Source: Epiperipatus broadwayi (lineage: Eukaryota > Animalia > Onychophora). From it: a DNA stretch of 64,000 bases. Under the pieces are notes generated by a model. It did no database searches. It was not told the origin of the DNA and worked only from the letters and a program-made list of their open reading frames with translations. Both the position numbers and the translations under genes were made by a program. How positions within the stretch are numbered: the stretch's first letter is position 1; each line of letters opens with the position of its first letter. Below are positions 1 to 12,621 of the stretch, in pieces. The stretch lies in the NCBI GenBank assembly GCA_028023455.1, contig JAQFVV010000005.1:23420180-23484179 (forward strand). Direction: 5' to 3'.

Positions 1-603
1 TCAATTCAAATATAACATTATAATGATAATCATTTATAACAATACAAGTCCTCTTAAAAAATATTTTGTTTTTCAGTTTCAATAAAAAAACAAAATAGAC
101 TCTCAGGTGTCAAATCTAAATAGAAAATTTACTTTTGGAAAACTTATTAATGCCCAATCATACCTTTTTTTGTTGTTGATATATTTACTGAAAAACAAAT
201 TTGTTTCATTTAGTTTTCAAAATGCCAAGCACAATCAATGACATCATTACTTAAATATTTTCCCAGTTTCTTTATATTATATATGTAGGAAGTTAATATC
301 TTACTTTCAAACAATATAATTTTGTTGAATTATGTAACTATGATCAAATATTTATTTTTAAAACTTATTAAATACAGTAGTAGCTTATTGGAGTCAGTGT
401 TGCATTTTAATACATAAATCCATGTATTATCTAAATATCTATCAAAATGTGTAAACAGATCCACCTTCTAAAGATGATAAAGATAAATGTGCTGAAAATT
501 GTTATTTTATCATAGATTTATAAAGAAGCAATATTTTTTAAGTATTGATTACTAAATTAAAATCTGTACAGATGACATTCAAAATGATTAGAGATTAACA
601 CAA

Positions 604-743
604 TCATTCCATTTTTGCTTTTAATTGGTTGAAATTGAAAGCTACACAATCAAGCTTAATCCCATCTTGATAACTCTGTAAATTGTTCCAAAGATTATTA
701 TCATAAAAATGCAAAACAACATTGAAGCCATTTGTAAATAGAA
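604..743 (-). CDS. Candidate terminal exon of a small two-exon gene (about 63 aa when joined to 1066-1117)
   Basis: Strong minus-strand acceptor (ttttttttgtgttttttgtatcgtag). Entered in phase 1 it reads (F)LFTNGFNVVLHFYDNNLWNNLQSYQDGIKLDCVAFNFNQLKAKME to a TGA at 606-604. No homology recognised. Confidence 0.3.
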
Positions 744-1065
744 CTACGATACAAAAAACACAAAAAAAAATCTGACATGGATACTTTTGTTCATAGCTTT
801 CACACTTTTAAGAACTTGCAATTTTTGATGGATATGTGAATTCGTCTAATTTTTTAGATTATTTATATATCTATTTTACCCCAAGGTTGGTGTTTATAAA
901 CCCTTTTAAATGCAATAGGATTGTCAATTAATATGTTAGCTCAATGCATTAATTGCACTTAACTTTTATAAAGCCGAAATTAATTCCATCACTTTTTTCT
1001 TTCCCCTCTACATGGTCAGACTATTTTAAATGGAATCTGGACTGTTACACTATCTATATACTCAC

Positions 1066-1117
1066 AAAGGTTTTGAAAGAACACTATATAGAAACCCTTG
1101 ACGAGAGGATTTTTCAT
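1066..1117 (-). CDS. Candidate first exon of a small gene, signal-peptide-like MKNPLVKGFYIVFFQNL
   Basis: ATG at 1117, then 17 codons + 1 nt and a consensus donor gtgagt at 1065. The phase matches the open frame of 604-743. Confidence 0.3.
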
Positions 1118-1325
1118 GGTCAAAATAAAACAAAGCAGTCCATTATGAATATTTTTTAAAAAAGTTTGTGATTCATAGTTGTAACAACTTAATCTACTTT
1201 ATTCCAAGCATAAAAAATTATTGCCATTGAGGATTTTAGTAACAGGTTCCCCTAATATTATTTTATCTATAGATACTTCAAAACATACCAAATTCATTAA
1301 TCAATATTTTGTTCAATTAGTTATA

Positions 1326-1558
1326 CTTGTAAAATAATATAGGCGCTATTGCACTTAAACACAAAGCTACTTTATATTTAAAACAAAATAATATTATACT
1401 ATTTTGCAAGCACTTTCAAGAGACGTGCTCTCATCTTCATAGCTCTAAATGAATTAATTTTGTTTTAAATATAAAGTAGCTTTGCGTTCAGATGCAATAG
1501 CGCCTATATTATTTTCAAAGTATATTTTTGCATGCAAAGTTTTCGAGTTAGGTTTGAA
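1326..1558. mobile_element. Fold-back element with a degenerate family-B hammerhead in the spacer
   Basis: ~60-bp inverted arms (about 1332-1389 and 1457-1514). 14-bp direct repeat ttcaattagttata at 1312-1325 and 1559-1572. Minus strand 1444-1406 reads AGCT ATGAAGA T GAGAG CACGT CTCTT GAAA GTGC TT. Confidence 0.7.
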
Positions 1559-2966
1559 TTCAATTAGTTATATAAATAACTTGTTTATATAAAATAGTTA
1601 CAATTAAATTTCTGAAGAAGATGAACATTTTTTATCCTGACCCTTGAAAGTGTAACTTTTATACTTTACTTTTGATTCCAAAAAGAGTTACTTAAAATAA
1701 ATATAATCTTTTTGGCTATGTTGTAAGTATATTTCAATAAGTTGTAATGATTACAACTATATATTAAATAGGAAAACAGGTTTTTATTTGTGGTACCCAC
1801 AAACACTTTTCAAAATAACACGAATAGCAAAGAAATCAAACAAATCAATAATTGATCAGGTAAAATCTGAACATTCACTTAAAGAACAAGTGATAAGCTT
1901 GAAATTGTCATATTTTAATGATAATAAAAGACGCTTTTAATTCACTAGAAACATATAATGCTTAAAAAAAAGTGATAGCAAAAGATGAAGTTCTGCAATA
2001 AGATGATTAGAGTCCATCATAAGAGAAATGAATACACAGTTAACAATTGAATGATTTATTGCTTGGATGTTTACATAAAATTTGAATAATAGAATTGGCA
2101 GAGCTGCAGCCATGATCATGAAACTTGAGCTTCATAGTTTGGTAACAATCTTAGTAAAATGTTGTGATAAAATAATAGGGATTTATTATCTGGAAATTTA
2201 TATGAAGTTCATAAACCAGAAGTTAGAGATCCCAAATCATAATCCAGGGACCTTGAGCTCCAAAGATCATTATTTTACTACTGAACTAAACTACTCAGGG
2301 CAATAAGCAATTAAATTATAAAAAATCATAGGTCATTTATAATAGCAGGCATATTTTACTGTATTTATTCAACTGCAAAGGTATCTATTGAAATCTCAAG
2401 TAATCAATGAATCTTGGTTAGAATTAGATACCAAATTTCCAGACAAGTTCACTGAAAAACAAAAGATTTATGCACATACAACTAGCAGACTCTTTTACTT
2501 CTTTTATACTATCCAAAGTGATAGTCTGAGATTCAAAAACAGTCAAAGATTTTGTGTAGAACTGATACCATCCAGAAATTATATATTTTAATTTAATCAC
2601 TATCCTCACTAAAATGTCAAAAACTGGTTTAGTATGTAAATATAGAATTATCATCTAATTCATTAATTACTAATCTACAGTAGATAGCTCTGGAACAAAT
2701 TGCTACTACTGTTGAAAGTATATGGTGGACTATGCAATGCTTGGTTCATAAGAGGAAATAATTAAATTTATTAGAAAAATGTTTGATCATTGGAAATATT
2801 TAATAAAAGAGGGCATATATAGCTATAAGATGAAGTATTATACTTTTCTTTTCACCTTATATAAAAACAGGCAAAAGTTTCTATATGTATTGCCACTCAG
2901 TGCAAGCCAGAGTAATCAATGGATACCAGAAGACTTGTGCATAAAATCCCCATCTAGTGCCTACTC

Positions 2967-3025
2967 ATCCAATATCCCCAGACTAGTTTCTAGCTTGTGG
3001 CCTTCATCAGTGAGGAGTCTTGGAT
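2967..3025 (-). ncRNA. Type I minimal hammerhead ribozyme motif, family A (A1)
   Basis: Minus strand: atccaa gac tcctca CTGATGA a ggc cacaa gct a GAAA ctag TC tgggga ta ttggat. Helix I is tcctca/tgggga plus atccaa/ttggat. Predicted cleavage between 2981 and 2980. Confidence 0.8.
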
Positions 3026-3650
3026 CTGAGAGCATTGCACCTAGATCTTAGAATCTAATGCAATCCTCCAACACCCACCTTTTACCTCTACTTAACTACA
3101 AAACTATAAGTCTTAAACTGAAAACACCATAATATTTTCAATCCAAGCTCATTAGCTTATATAGTCATATAGGTCTGAACTCAGTTCAGCACCTATATAT
3201 TTTGGTCTCTTTGGTTCTTTAGTAACCATAGCCACCACTATTCTATTAGGCAGGATTGGTTTTAAGCCAATAAACATCACATGACTACCATTTCCTATGC
3301 TTTCTTATAACTGTTACTAAAACAGGCAAAACTCTTTATATGTATTGCTATCCAGTGCAAGCCAGAGTAATCAATGGATACCAGAATGTTTGTGCATAAA
3401 ACCCCCAACATGAGATGTTTATTGGCTTAAAACCAATTCTGCCTAATAAGATAGTGGTGGTTATGGTTATTAAAGAATCAAAGACACTAAAATGTATAGG
3501 TGCTGAACTGAGTTCAGACCTATATGACTATATAAGCTAATGAGCTTGGATTAAAAATATTATGTTTTCAGTTTAAAACTCATAGTTGAGATAAAAGGTG
3601 GCCGCTGGAGAGTTGCATTTGATCTTAAGATCTAGGTGTAGTTCTCTCAG

Positions 3651-3709
3651 ATCCAAGGCTCATCACTGACGAAAGTCACAAGCCAGAAACTAGTCTGGGG
3701 ATATTGGAT
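3651..3709 (+). ncRNA. Type I minimal hammerhead ribozyme motif, family A (A2)
   Basis: atccaa ggc tcatca CTGACGA aagtcacaagcca GAAA ctag TC tgggga ta ttggat. Core intact; helices I and II weakened by substitutions. Confidence 0.7.
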
Positions 3710-4830
3710 GAGTAGTTACTAGAAGGGGATTTTATGTACAAGCCTTCTGGCATCCATTGATTACTCTGGCTTGCACTGAGTGGCAATAAGTATAGAGTTT
3801 TGCTTGTTTAATAAGTTATAAGCAAGCATAGGAAATGATGATCACATGATGTTTATTGGCTTTCACCTTATATACTTCTCTATGCATTATTATAGTAATA
3901 AAAAAAAAAAGTGGAAGTTTAATTAATAGCAATAAGATAGTTAATTTCATCATCTCGTTAATGAAAGTATCACTAAGAAATAGATCTTAACAAAGAAAGC
4001 TATTTACAGGATTTGACAACACTTATAAAATGATCACAACTACATATTAAAATAAATTTCACACATCATTAAAATGACTTAAGCGAAGTCATTATAAATA
4101 GGCTATATACTCAGATATCCTGTTAGCCAGGTTAACATTCTCTCTCTCTCCCCAATATTTTTATACATCGCAATAAACCCAACTATTTCTTATTCCCTAT
4201 TATCCAGTTATTTTTCCAGCTAATTACTCCAACAGTGTTTGGCAATAAAATTTAATAAATTTTTGAACCAGTCATTTTTTTAAATACCTTAATAATTTGT
4301 ATTTCTAATTTTAAATATTACTTTTGTGTATATTTCACATGCTCCCGATTATTTTTTTTACTTTCGGTTTCAACACCACATGGTTACTTTAAATTTTTAA
4401 GAGCACGAAATAATCTAATTTTTTAAAAACTTCGTTTAATTCCCTAGTGTTATGAATATTTCTCATTTGAAACTTGCACCATCTTTCCAATTCCTTAAAT
4501 ATTTAATACCATTGACTAGGCAATATTTTTAATATTATTTTTTATCATCACTTCCTAATAGCTTCAATTTTTTTTTTAATACGTATTACTGTCATTAAGT
4601 GACGAATAAATAAAATAATGAACTTAATTTAAAGGAGGACTTTTATTTGAAATTGCCAGATCCTAAATCAGATATACTTTTGAAAATTTAAATAAGTATA
4701 TGTATATTTGATTTGAAATAAATATAATTAATTATACGGGAGATCTTAAACAAAACATTACTCTTCTAGCTGCAGCCTTTTCATTTCAACGTGACGTTCT
4801 CTCGTAAAACGTGGAAGTTGCACAATCAAT

Positions 4831-4845
4831 ATGGCTGACTCGCAG
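4831..4845 (+). CDS. GCN1: GCN1 coding exon 1 (MADSQ)
   Basis: ATG GCT GAC TCG CAG followed by a gt donor. Resembles the N-terminus of human GCN1 (MAADTQ) and splices in frame to exon 2. Confidence 0.8.
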
Positions 4846-4942
4846 GTATTATCCCATGTGCAAATTACTATTAGATCCAAAATTTATATGTTTCTATTAA
4901 TAAAGCATCATTTTATAAAATGCATTTATTCTTTTTTTAAAG

Positions 4943-5048
4943 CTTGTAGTTGCGCTAAAAGATTTTAGCTTGAAATTGACTACTTCGAAAACTAATGAGA
5001 GAAAGAAAATATTTGACCAGATCAAAAAGACATTAAATCAAACTGCTG
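4943..5048 (+). CDS. GCN1: GCN1 coding exon 2
   Basis: ag/gtaag boundaries. LVVALKDFSLKLTTSKTNERKKIFDQIKKTLNQTA aligns with human VSETLKRFAGKVTTASVKERREILSELGKCVAGK. Confidence 0.9.
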
Positions 5049-7879
5049 GTAAGTTAAGATGCTTCTTTTTATTAATTAACTATCATATTTTTAAATTCAG
5101 ATTTCTTAATAAATCTATTTGTTGCATATGTTTAATTTCTCAAAAATGTTTTATAGTCATACGTTATTATCTAAAGCTCTCCATGATGCTGAATTGAGGT
5201 GTATATTGAAAAATATTTGTATGAATAAATTATTTTTAATGCTAACATTATAAGTAATTAATGCGATATGAACTACGTTTTTATTTTCTTTTAAAGCTAA
5301 AAATGTTAATTATGTAAGGAATGTTGAATTATTTAATTCAGCTTAGGAAGTAGGTAATCTTTTGTATAATTGTGAAAAGTTATAGGCTAATTATTATTAA
5401 TAGAGTTCCAGAATATATTTTATTTATAGTTGTATATAAATTATTCTTATTGACGTAGATATTAACAAATGCTAGATACTTTTTTTGTTTTGTTTTACAT
5501 ATCATCTGAAATAGCTAACTAAAATACGTTTTTGATTACTATTCAAAAACGATATATTTAAAAATACTTACATTATCCAAAATAGATTTATTTTAAAATT
5601 TATAAAACAATATCATCACAGATATTGGGAATTTGATATTTTTCGCCATATTTTTTAAATAGATAGTATTTTTTTAATATTTATTATTTGAAGTATACCA
5701 ATATATGTATAATATTATTTGAAGTATACCAATATATGTATAGAAAGTGAGATTTGGATACATGAGGTTTTAATTTAGGATGCTTTGCAACTGAAAAAAA
5801 AATTACAATGGCAACATCATGAAAACAATCAATATGTTTTTCAGTTTGTTGAATGTGGTATTTTAGAGTCCATTATTGTGAAACCACCTCCTAGTAGGGA
5901 TGTTTTATGGTGAATTCGAACTTGGTTTTAGTGGGAGAGATAGAAGTCATTTATGTTATAAGGATTATCGTGCAGACATTCTGAAGAAATTTAATGTTGT
6001 TTTCATTGGAAAGATATGACAAGTAACAGAATACATTAGAGAACTGCAATTAATCATGATATTGAAGTAATTTAGATAGAAGTGTTTTCTTCTGAAGAAA
6101 TCAAAAGACTGCTCAAAATATAAAATAAGTAGAAAAATGGACTAAAGATTTTATATGCGGATATATTTTTGGTTTATAAATTGACTTGTATAGTCATTGC
6201 AAAACTCACTTCGAGTAGTTTTTTTTTTTGGAATTGGGAAGTCCATACTCATTTATGAGTAGTTGCTATATGTATATATTAATGTATATAATGAAAACAT
6301 TTCTTTTATGTACTTTGTTCAATGCAGCACCGTTTTTTACGTTTAGAAATTGGTCTACAGTTTTGACTGTTCAACAGTCTACCTTAAAGTTCTGTCTAAT
6401 ATTTAAAAACTGTTAAATATATAAATATCACAAGATTGATTTGGGTTGAAACTAAATAAAAATAGAACTAAATCAGTATTCTCTATGAGTATGGTAAAGA
6501 TAAATATATTAATTTAAGGAAAATCTTATGGTAAAGATCAATGCTTTTAAATTTTTAGGTAGTGGTTTAAGCAATGATAAAGAGTTTGAAAAAAATTTAT
6601 GCATGAATTTCAGCGATTAGGGTAGTTTTTAATTAAAGAATCAGATTATTTTGTGAAGGATTGGATTCAGAAGTAAGATACTTCTGAAATGTAGTTTTAA
6701 GTAAAATGAAAATTTTAAGATTTTTAGTAGTGATGTTTTATTATAAATTGTTTTGTATTTCTTTATGATTAAACTTTAAACTAGACCTTTTTTTTTTTTT
6801 TAAATAAATGCTGCATAATAAATTTTATACATAAAGTCACCATGTGGATTAGTATTGCTACTTTTTAAGCACATATATCTTTCAGTATATATTTTTATCA
6901 CCATAGAATATATTTTTTAAAGATGTATAGACAGTTAATATTTATTTAGATTAGGTTTTGTACTTGTTTTGGCAAATATGAAAAGATTAATCATTTTCAT
7001 TTTGCGTTACTGTTCAGAGAGATTGACACTTGCTTGAAATATGCATATGTTTATTTCAACCTCGCTGACTATTTATGAAAACTGAGTGTATTACTGCATT
7101 TGACTATTATTAATAACTCATTTTAATATATAAGGAAATTAATAATGCATAGCTAATATAGTAAAAAACTTCAGAATACATTTTAGAAAACTTAGAAGAA
7201 TGAGAAGTTTTCTGAAAATAATTCTGAAAATGATTCTGTTGCAAGTCAAGAAGATGAATATAAATTTTCAAGTTATATAAACAATGATGGAGATAATGGC
7301 AAGGATTCAAACAATTTCCTCTCATAAACTAACATTTATAGCAAATGCTAGTTTACCATGTGGATAAACAATTACTGTATACAGGGGTAATATTGACATT
7401 AACCAGCTGTATAGGCATCAATAATTTATGGAATAAATTACATGAATCAAATAATAAACTTAATAACTTAAGTTTATTTTCTATATAAAATATTAATAAG
7501 TAGTATATCTTAAGTAATTCAACTAGCTTGCTTGCTGGTTGTTTTACAACAAACAAGCATGTAGATGATAGAGAATCTTTTTGCATTCTCTCATCACTAT
7601 ACTAAACTCTACACTTCACTGCACTATTGGTTGCACTTACTGCTTTTACATTACTACACATGCTACTGCATAAATACTGTATTTCACAGTAATGTGCTGC
7701 TATACCACACTTAGAGCTAATTTTTAGATTTATGTTTGATTCATTTAATTTCTACGATCAGTTCAAATTTGCATACTTTTTGCATATTGGCATAACTTAA
7801 ATTTTCTAGTGTAATATATTTACTTCCTGTCCAACCAACGTATTTGCACTCATACATAAAGATTTTATTAATAATTTTA

Positions 7880-10270
7880 CAAACTTATGTACAAATTTGG
7901 TTGAACATGACACAGGCTCCCTTCACTAGAGAAATTAGTGTACGTTTAGTTACAACATTTAATGTCTTGTTTTTTTCGCTATCATTATGTAATCTAATTG
8001 TTGCTGTTGCATTTTTATAAATATTCTTTAAAATATGACAATGTCCTGGATTTATATATTGATGATCCAATGCTTTAATCACTGAAGAAATGTTTATAGA
8101 ATCAAATGCCTTTTCATAATCTACAAATCCAAAGCATAATGGCAACTCATATTCATTTGTTCTTTCTATAACTTCTCTCAATACCTGGATATGATCTACT
8201 GCACTAAAACCACTTTTAAATCCAGCTTGTTCTCTTGGTGGAAATTCAATGTTCTCTGTAGACAAATTATAATTATCTTGGTAAAATTTTTGTATAAAAC
8301 TAATAAACGGTTGATAGGTCTGTAATTTCTAATATCTTCTTTATAACCTTTTAAAAATATTAATATTAATACTGCATTCTTCCAATCATCTGGTACATCT
8401 TTATCATTTAGACATTTGGTATATAACTTTGCTAAAAAAATTCTATTTCTTCACCTGCTTCTTTTAATATATCAATTATAATTCCATCATTACCTGGAGC
8501 TTTTCCTTTCTTCATAAGTTTAATTGCATGTCTCACTTCTTCATTTAAAATTCTGGGCAATTCAGAAGATATAATAGATATAGGAGGTACTTGTTCTTTA
8601 TTACTATATAATTCTTGATAGAACTCTTCTATCCATTTCATGGTGTCAACTCTCATTTTAGTAATAGTTCTATCTTTTTTTCTTATTGTAGATATAAGAT
8701 TCCTACCAATACCAAAATGTTTTGCATTTTTGAGACTTTTATTCTCTTCTATAGCTTTTTTTTGCTAGTTCATAATTATACTTTCTTATATCATTATCAA
8801 CTCTTTTTCGCACCATTTTACAAGTTCGAGATATTCAATCCTTCTTAATGCATTATTTTTATATATCTTCATATTTCTTCTTTTCTTCATAAATTCTCTA
8901 GTCTCAGTAGAAATTTTATTGGTCTATTGCTGCTTTTTTTACCAGCTATCTGTTGCAATTTTTAAAAGTTAAGTTATTTTTTTATTAATTTCATTCAAAT
9001 CTGAATCATGTTCAAAATCTATTAATACTTGAAAACAATTTGCAAATTCTAATTCAAATTTATTAAATGTTTCTGACGATTAGGAATATCAACTGTAAAA
9101 AATTGTTTTTCTTAATAATTTTTATCTCTCTAGTTTTGCATTAACATGTATCTTACATCTTACTAATCGATGATCACTTACTGTATTGAATTTATTAAGG
9201 ATATTACAGTCTTGAAATATGTATTTTTGTTAGTCAAAATATAATCCAATTCTGCTGTACCTTCATTTGGATACTTCCATGTCCATTTCCTTTTAAAATT
9301 TTTCCCAAAAAAAGAATTCATAATATAAAGTTTCCACAAGTCTATGTCCTCTCTCATTTCTATTATCATAATCAAATTTATCTACATCACTTTTATTTTT
9401 CTTTTGCTACTAATTCTAGCAGTAAAGCCTCCCATAAGAATTTGAAAATATTGTTTAATCTGATCAAAAAAAAAAAAAAAAAGTCTTTTATACATCCATA
9501 TAAAAAATTTCTACTACTTCATCACTGAGAACTTGTTGGGACATTTATCTAAATTATCTGCATTTGGTATCCGCTATTAAGCTGCATAACTAATCTTGCT
9601 ATTCTATCCGATACCCCATCAATCTCCATAATGTTATTCTTCCCTTTTTATTTATAATGAATTTTATTCCACTTGTACTTCCAATATTTCCAATATTTGT
9701 GCCTTTGTAGTAGAGTACATGTCCACTTTTTAAATCGTCTCTTCATCTTTTCTTCTAACTTCACAAAGTCCAATAATATCCCATTTAATATGAGACAGTT
9801 CTTCCAATTCTTACAATTTTCCTTCATTTGAAAGTGATCTGCAGTTGTAAGTACCTAAATAAAAAATCATCATCAAACGGCAGCCCGGATCTTTTAGCAC
9901 CCTCCGCCTTCGGCCACCAACCACTGCCTTGGCTGGTGACTTTACAGCCTCCTGGGAATAAGGGCCATGATTTATTTTAGTCTGACATGATTGTATATAT
10001 CTATTAGAAAAAATTTTTCATTCACACACACATTCATTCTGCCTTATCACTCAACTGAGAAGAAAGACCATGGTATTTCTTGATCTTAAACTCGGAGATA
10101 AAAGGCTAATAAACTCACTATGCTGGCTAATGTGTGTTGGTAAGTAGCTCATCCAATGTTTGTATACTATATGAATAATCACATAGTAATAACAGCTGCA
10201 ACAACAAGAATATATGGAGTGGACATTAGGAATTTCCTTTAAGGTCTCCTAGAGGAATCAAAGGTCTTCT
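7880..10270 (-). mobile_element. Decayed RTE-like non-LTR retrotransposon (APE endonuclease plus N-terminal half of RT)
   Basis: Minus-strand fragments: LGTYNCRSLSNEGKL..KWDIIGLCEVRR (APE start, ~9860), ELDYILTN (9178-9375), KKGKAPGNDGI (8432-8656), QAGFKSGFSAVDHI..FVDYEKAFDS (7885-8265). Multiple stops and frameshifts. Confidence 0.9.
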
Positions 10271-10622
10271 TTCAGTTAACAACAAACTCCTTTCTGCAGA
10301 AATATTTTTCATTAATACAAAAATATGCATTAATATCATTAAAAGTTTAAAATTACCAGAGTTATTGTTGTGACAGTATTTTTATGTTGGATTCATAATT
10401 ACAAGTTTTTAGAAAGCAGGTGTGCTTTATATTTAGCTTATTTTTATAATTTTATTTGACTGGTATTAATGCAGTAAATTCTTTTTTATTTAAAGATAGG
10501 TTGCACAAAAAGGCTTAGAGATTTTAGGGTTTTTAGTTTTTGGTGTTTTAAAAATTATTTTTATATGTTTACATTATCTATATAATCATTTTCAAAAAGT
10601 TTATGATATATTTATTTTATAG

Positions 10623-10818
10623 ATCTTCCAGAGAACATAGTTAAAGGAATATTCAAACTATTGTCCTTATGCCTTCACCGATATCAAGATAGTGGTTCTC
10701 GAAGATTAGTTGAAGAACTCATTCATGAAATTAGCAAAAAATATACATCACACACCTTGAAATATCTTACAACCATCTTAAATGATTTCAGTAATTCTTT
10801 AAAAAATGTCGTAGCCAC
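10623..10818 (+). CDS. GCN1: GCN1 coding exon 3
   Basis: ag/gtaag boundaries, phase 1 to phase 2. DLPENIVKGIFKLLSLCLHRYQDSGSRRLVEELI matches human DLPEGAVKGLCKLFCLTLHRYRDAASRRALQAAI. Confidence 0.95.
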
Positions 10819-12365
10819 GTAAGTTTTTCACATTTGTTAATTAACATTATCTGAATTTTCAAAAATGTTAATAACTGTTATTAGTATTCTGTTTATACAT
10901 ACACACTTAAAATTAAGTACCCTGAATTTAATATTTAAATACATGGTATATTTTCTTTACTAAACTTAATGTAATTGTAAGGGATTTGAACTGAGACTTT
11001 CAAATTCCCACAGACTCCAATCCATCTTATACATAAATTAACTAGCTAAACAAATCATTGGTATTTCCCTTTTTTTAATTTATTTATTATTGATTTGACT
11101 GGCTTGTTTGTTTAAACCCTGAGTAGTTAACTTATGTATTATTTCTGATTTAGTAATATGCATATTTGGAATATAATATAGTGGATTAAATTGAAGCTTA
11201 AAAATTTGTAATTGATTTCAAATTAGCATGTCCCAGATAAATTTTATTGTATTATTTAAATGTTGACAGTCATAAAACGAACTTGTGATTATTTTAAACT
11301 TTAAAATTTGATTGGTCTTGAGTTTGATATTTATATTCAAAGCGTTTTGTACATTTTATTGGAGTACTAGCTGTGAGTTCACATTCAACTGATAAACAGG
11401 GTAATAAGTTGTAAAACAATTGTTTTGAAGAAGCAGATTAGCTGGCTATTTTAGTGTGATGTCAGAAGTGATAAGAATATTTATTATTGATTTGATTAGT
11501 TGGTTTTTAAACTTTGTTTGAGTAGTTTGAATGTTTGATGCACATATTTATGTGCTATAAAGAAAATATTCATATAAGTAGCTTTAACTTTGTGCTGTAA
11601 ATTTCATATTTATTATTTCCATGAATAGATTAACTTAGTGATGAGAATAGTAGACTTTAAAACCATAGATTTCACTCTGTTAACTGAAGGAAAAAAACAA
11701 ACTTAAATGATCTCGCTGAAATATAGTATATAGCTGTAAATATTGAGATGCTGAATAACTTGTCTTAAAGAATGATGAGCAATGGTAAACATCATTGATG
11801 ATGATCAAATATTATTCTTAATTGGTTTTTAATCTCAAATTTCTTTGGTCAGAGAACTTAATGTAGATACAGTGTAATCAATTAAATGGATTTCTTTTGT
11901 TCAGTCTGACACTCTGATATTTCACCATTTCTTGACCTCCAGAAACATGACACAATATTTAAATATTTTTTATGGTGTGCTAATTTTATTTTAATCTTTT
12001 ATACATATATAGTGATTATTGTGAAAATGTACACTCGACGTATTTAAAGTGCAGCAGTCGTGATTTTTTTTTTCTAGAAAGTTTTGTTTTCATCTATTTT
12101 CCAAACTGAGATTTAATAAGAAATTAAGATTGTCTATATTGTTTAGTGCGTTGGTAAAATGGTGGATTTTGGAATTCCAAATCTTTGGCTCATAGCTCCA
12201 GTTCTGCCATTTCTGTTGCTCAAACTTTTTATGAATTCCTAGGGAATAAACTATTTGTTTTTTTTATTTAGAGATTAAGGATATAATTTTATTAAAGTTA
12301 AGATAAGCTTATTGATCCAGTTTCTATAATAGTAGGATATCCACCCGTTGAATAGATCATATATT

Positions 12366-12621
12366 CACATGATCACTATCTCATAGAGTTAAAAGATGGG
12401 TGCTGGAGGGTTGCATTAGATCCTAAGATCTAGGTACAGTGCTCTCAGATCCAAGGCTCCTCACTGATGAAGGCCACAAGCCAGAAACTAGTCTGGGGAT
12501 ATTGGATGAGTAGGCACTAGATAGGGATTTTATGCACAAGCCTTCTGGCATCCATTGATTGCTCTTGTTAGCACAAGATGGCACTACTATATGGAGAGTG
12601 TTGTTTTGTTTTGAATTGTTT
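12366..12621 (+). mobile_element. Family-A hammerhead element, partial monomer with TSD
   Basis: Homologous to about 3575-3810. Flanked by the 15-bp direct repeat aatagatcatatatt (12351-12365; 12622-12636). Starts with a short inverted family fragment (cacatgatcac). Confidence 0.85.
12449..12507 (+). ncRNA. Type I minimal hammerhead ribozyme motif, family A (A3, best-preserved copy)
   Basis: atccaa ggc tcctca CTGATGA a ggc cacaa gcc a GAAA ctag TC tgggga ta ttggat. All core nucleotides present; GUC triplet; predicted cleavage after 12493. Confidence 0.85.

Larger units (their letters stand above)
2864..3860. mobile_element. Family-A hammerhead retroelement, inverted bipartite insertion
   Basis: Left arm is ~1.2 tandem units on the minus strand (period 455: acagg at 2868 and 3323). 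Right arm is one unit on the plus strand (gatgtttattggctt at 3414 and 3848). Flanked by the 14-bp direct repeat tttcaccttatata (2850-2863; 3861-3874). Confidence 0.85.

Noticed and set aside
1937-2654. ORFs at 1937-2119, 2082-2306, 2388-2591 and 2424-2654 as a gene
   Set aside because: No consistent splice structure. Another minus frame has stop-ridden APE-endonuclease-like words (ISDYHFG..LYVHKS..LEIW), so this is more likely old LINE debris.
2779-3051. 90-aa ORF, and the similar ORF at 12423-12674, as a conserved small protein
   Set aside because: The similarity comes from both lying on the antisense strand of family-A ribozyme repeats. The frame is not preserved in other copies.
9880-10270. 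HDV-like ribozyme in the RTE 5' region
   Set aside because: RTE elements can carry one and a GCTAA word is present, but I could not build the P1/P1.1/P2/P3 nested pseudoknot from the sequence.
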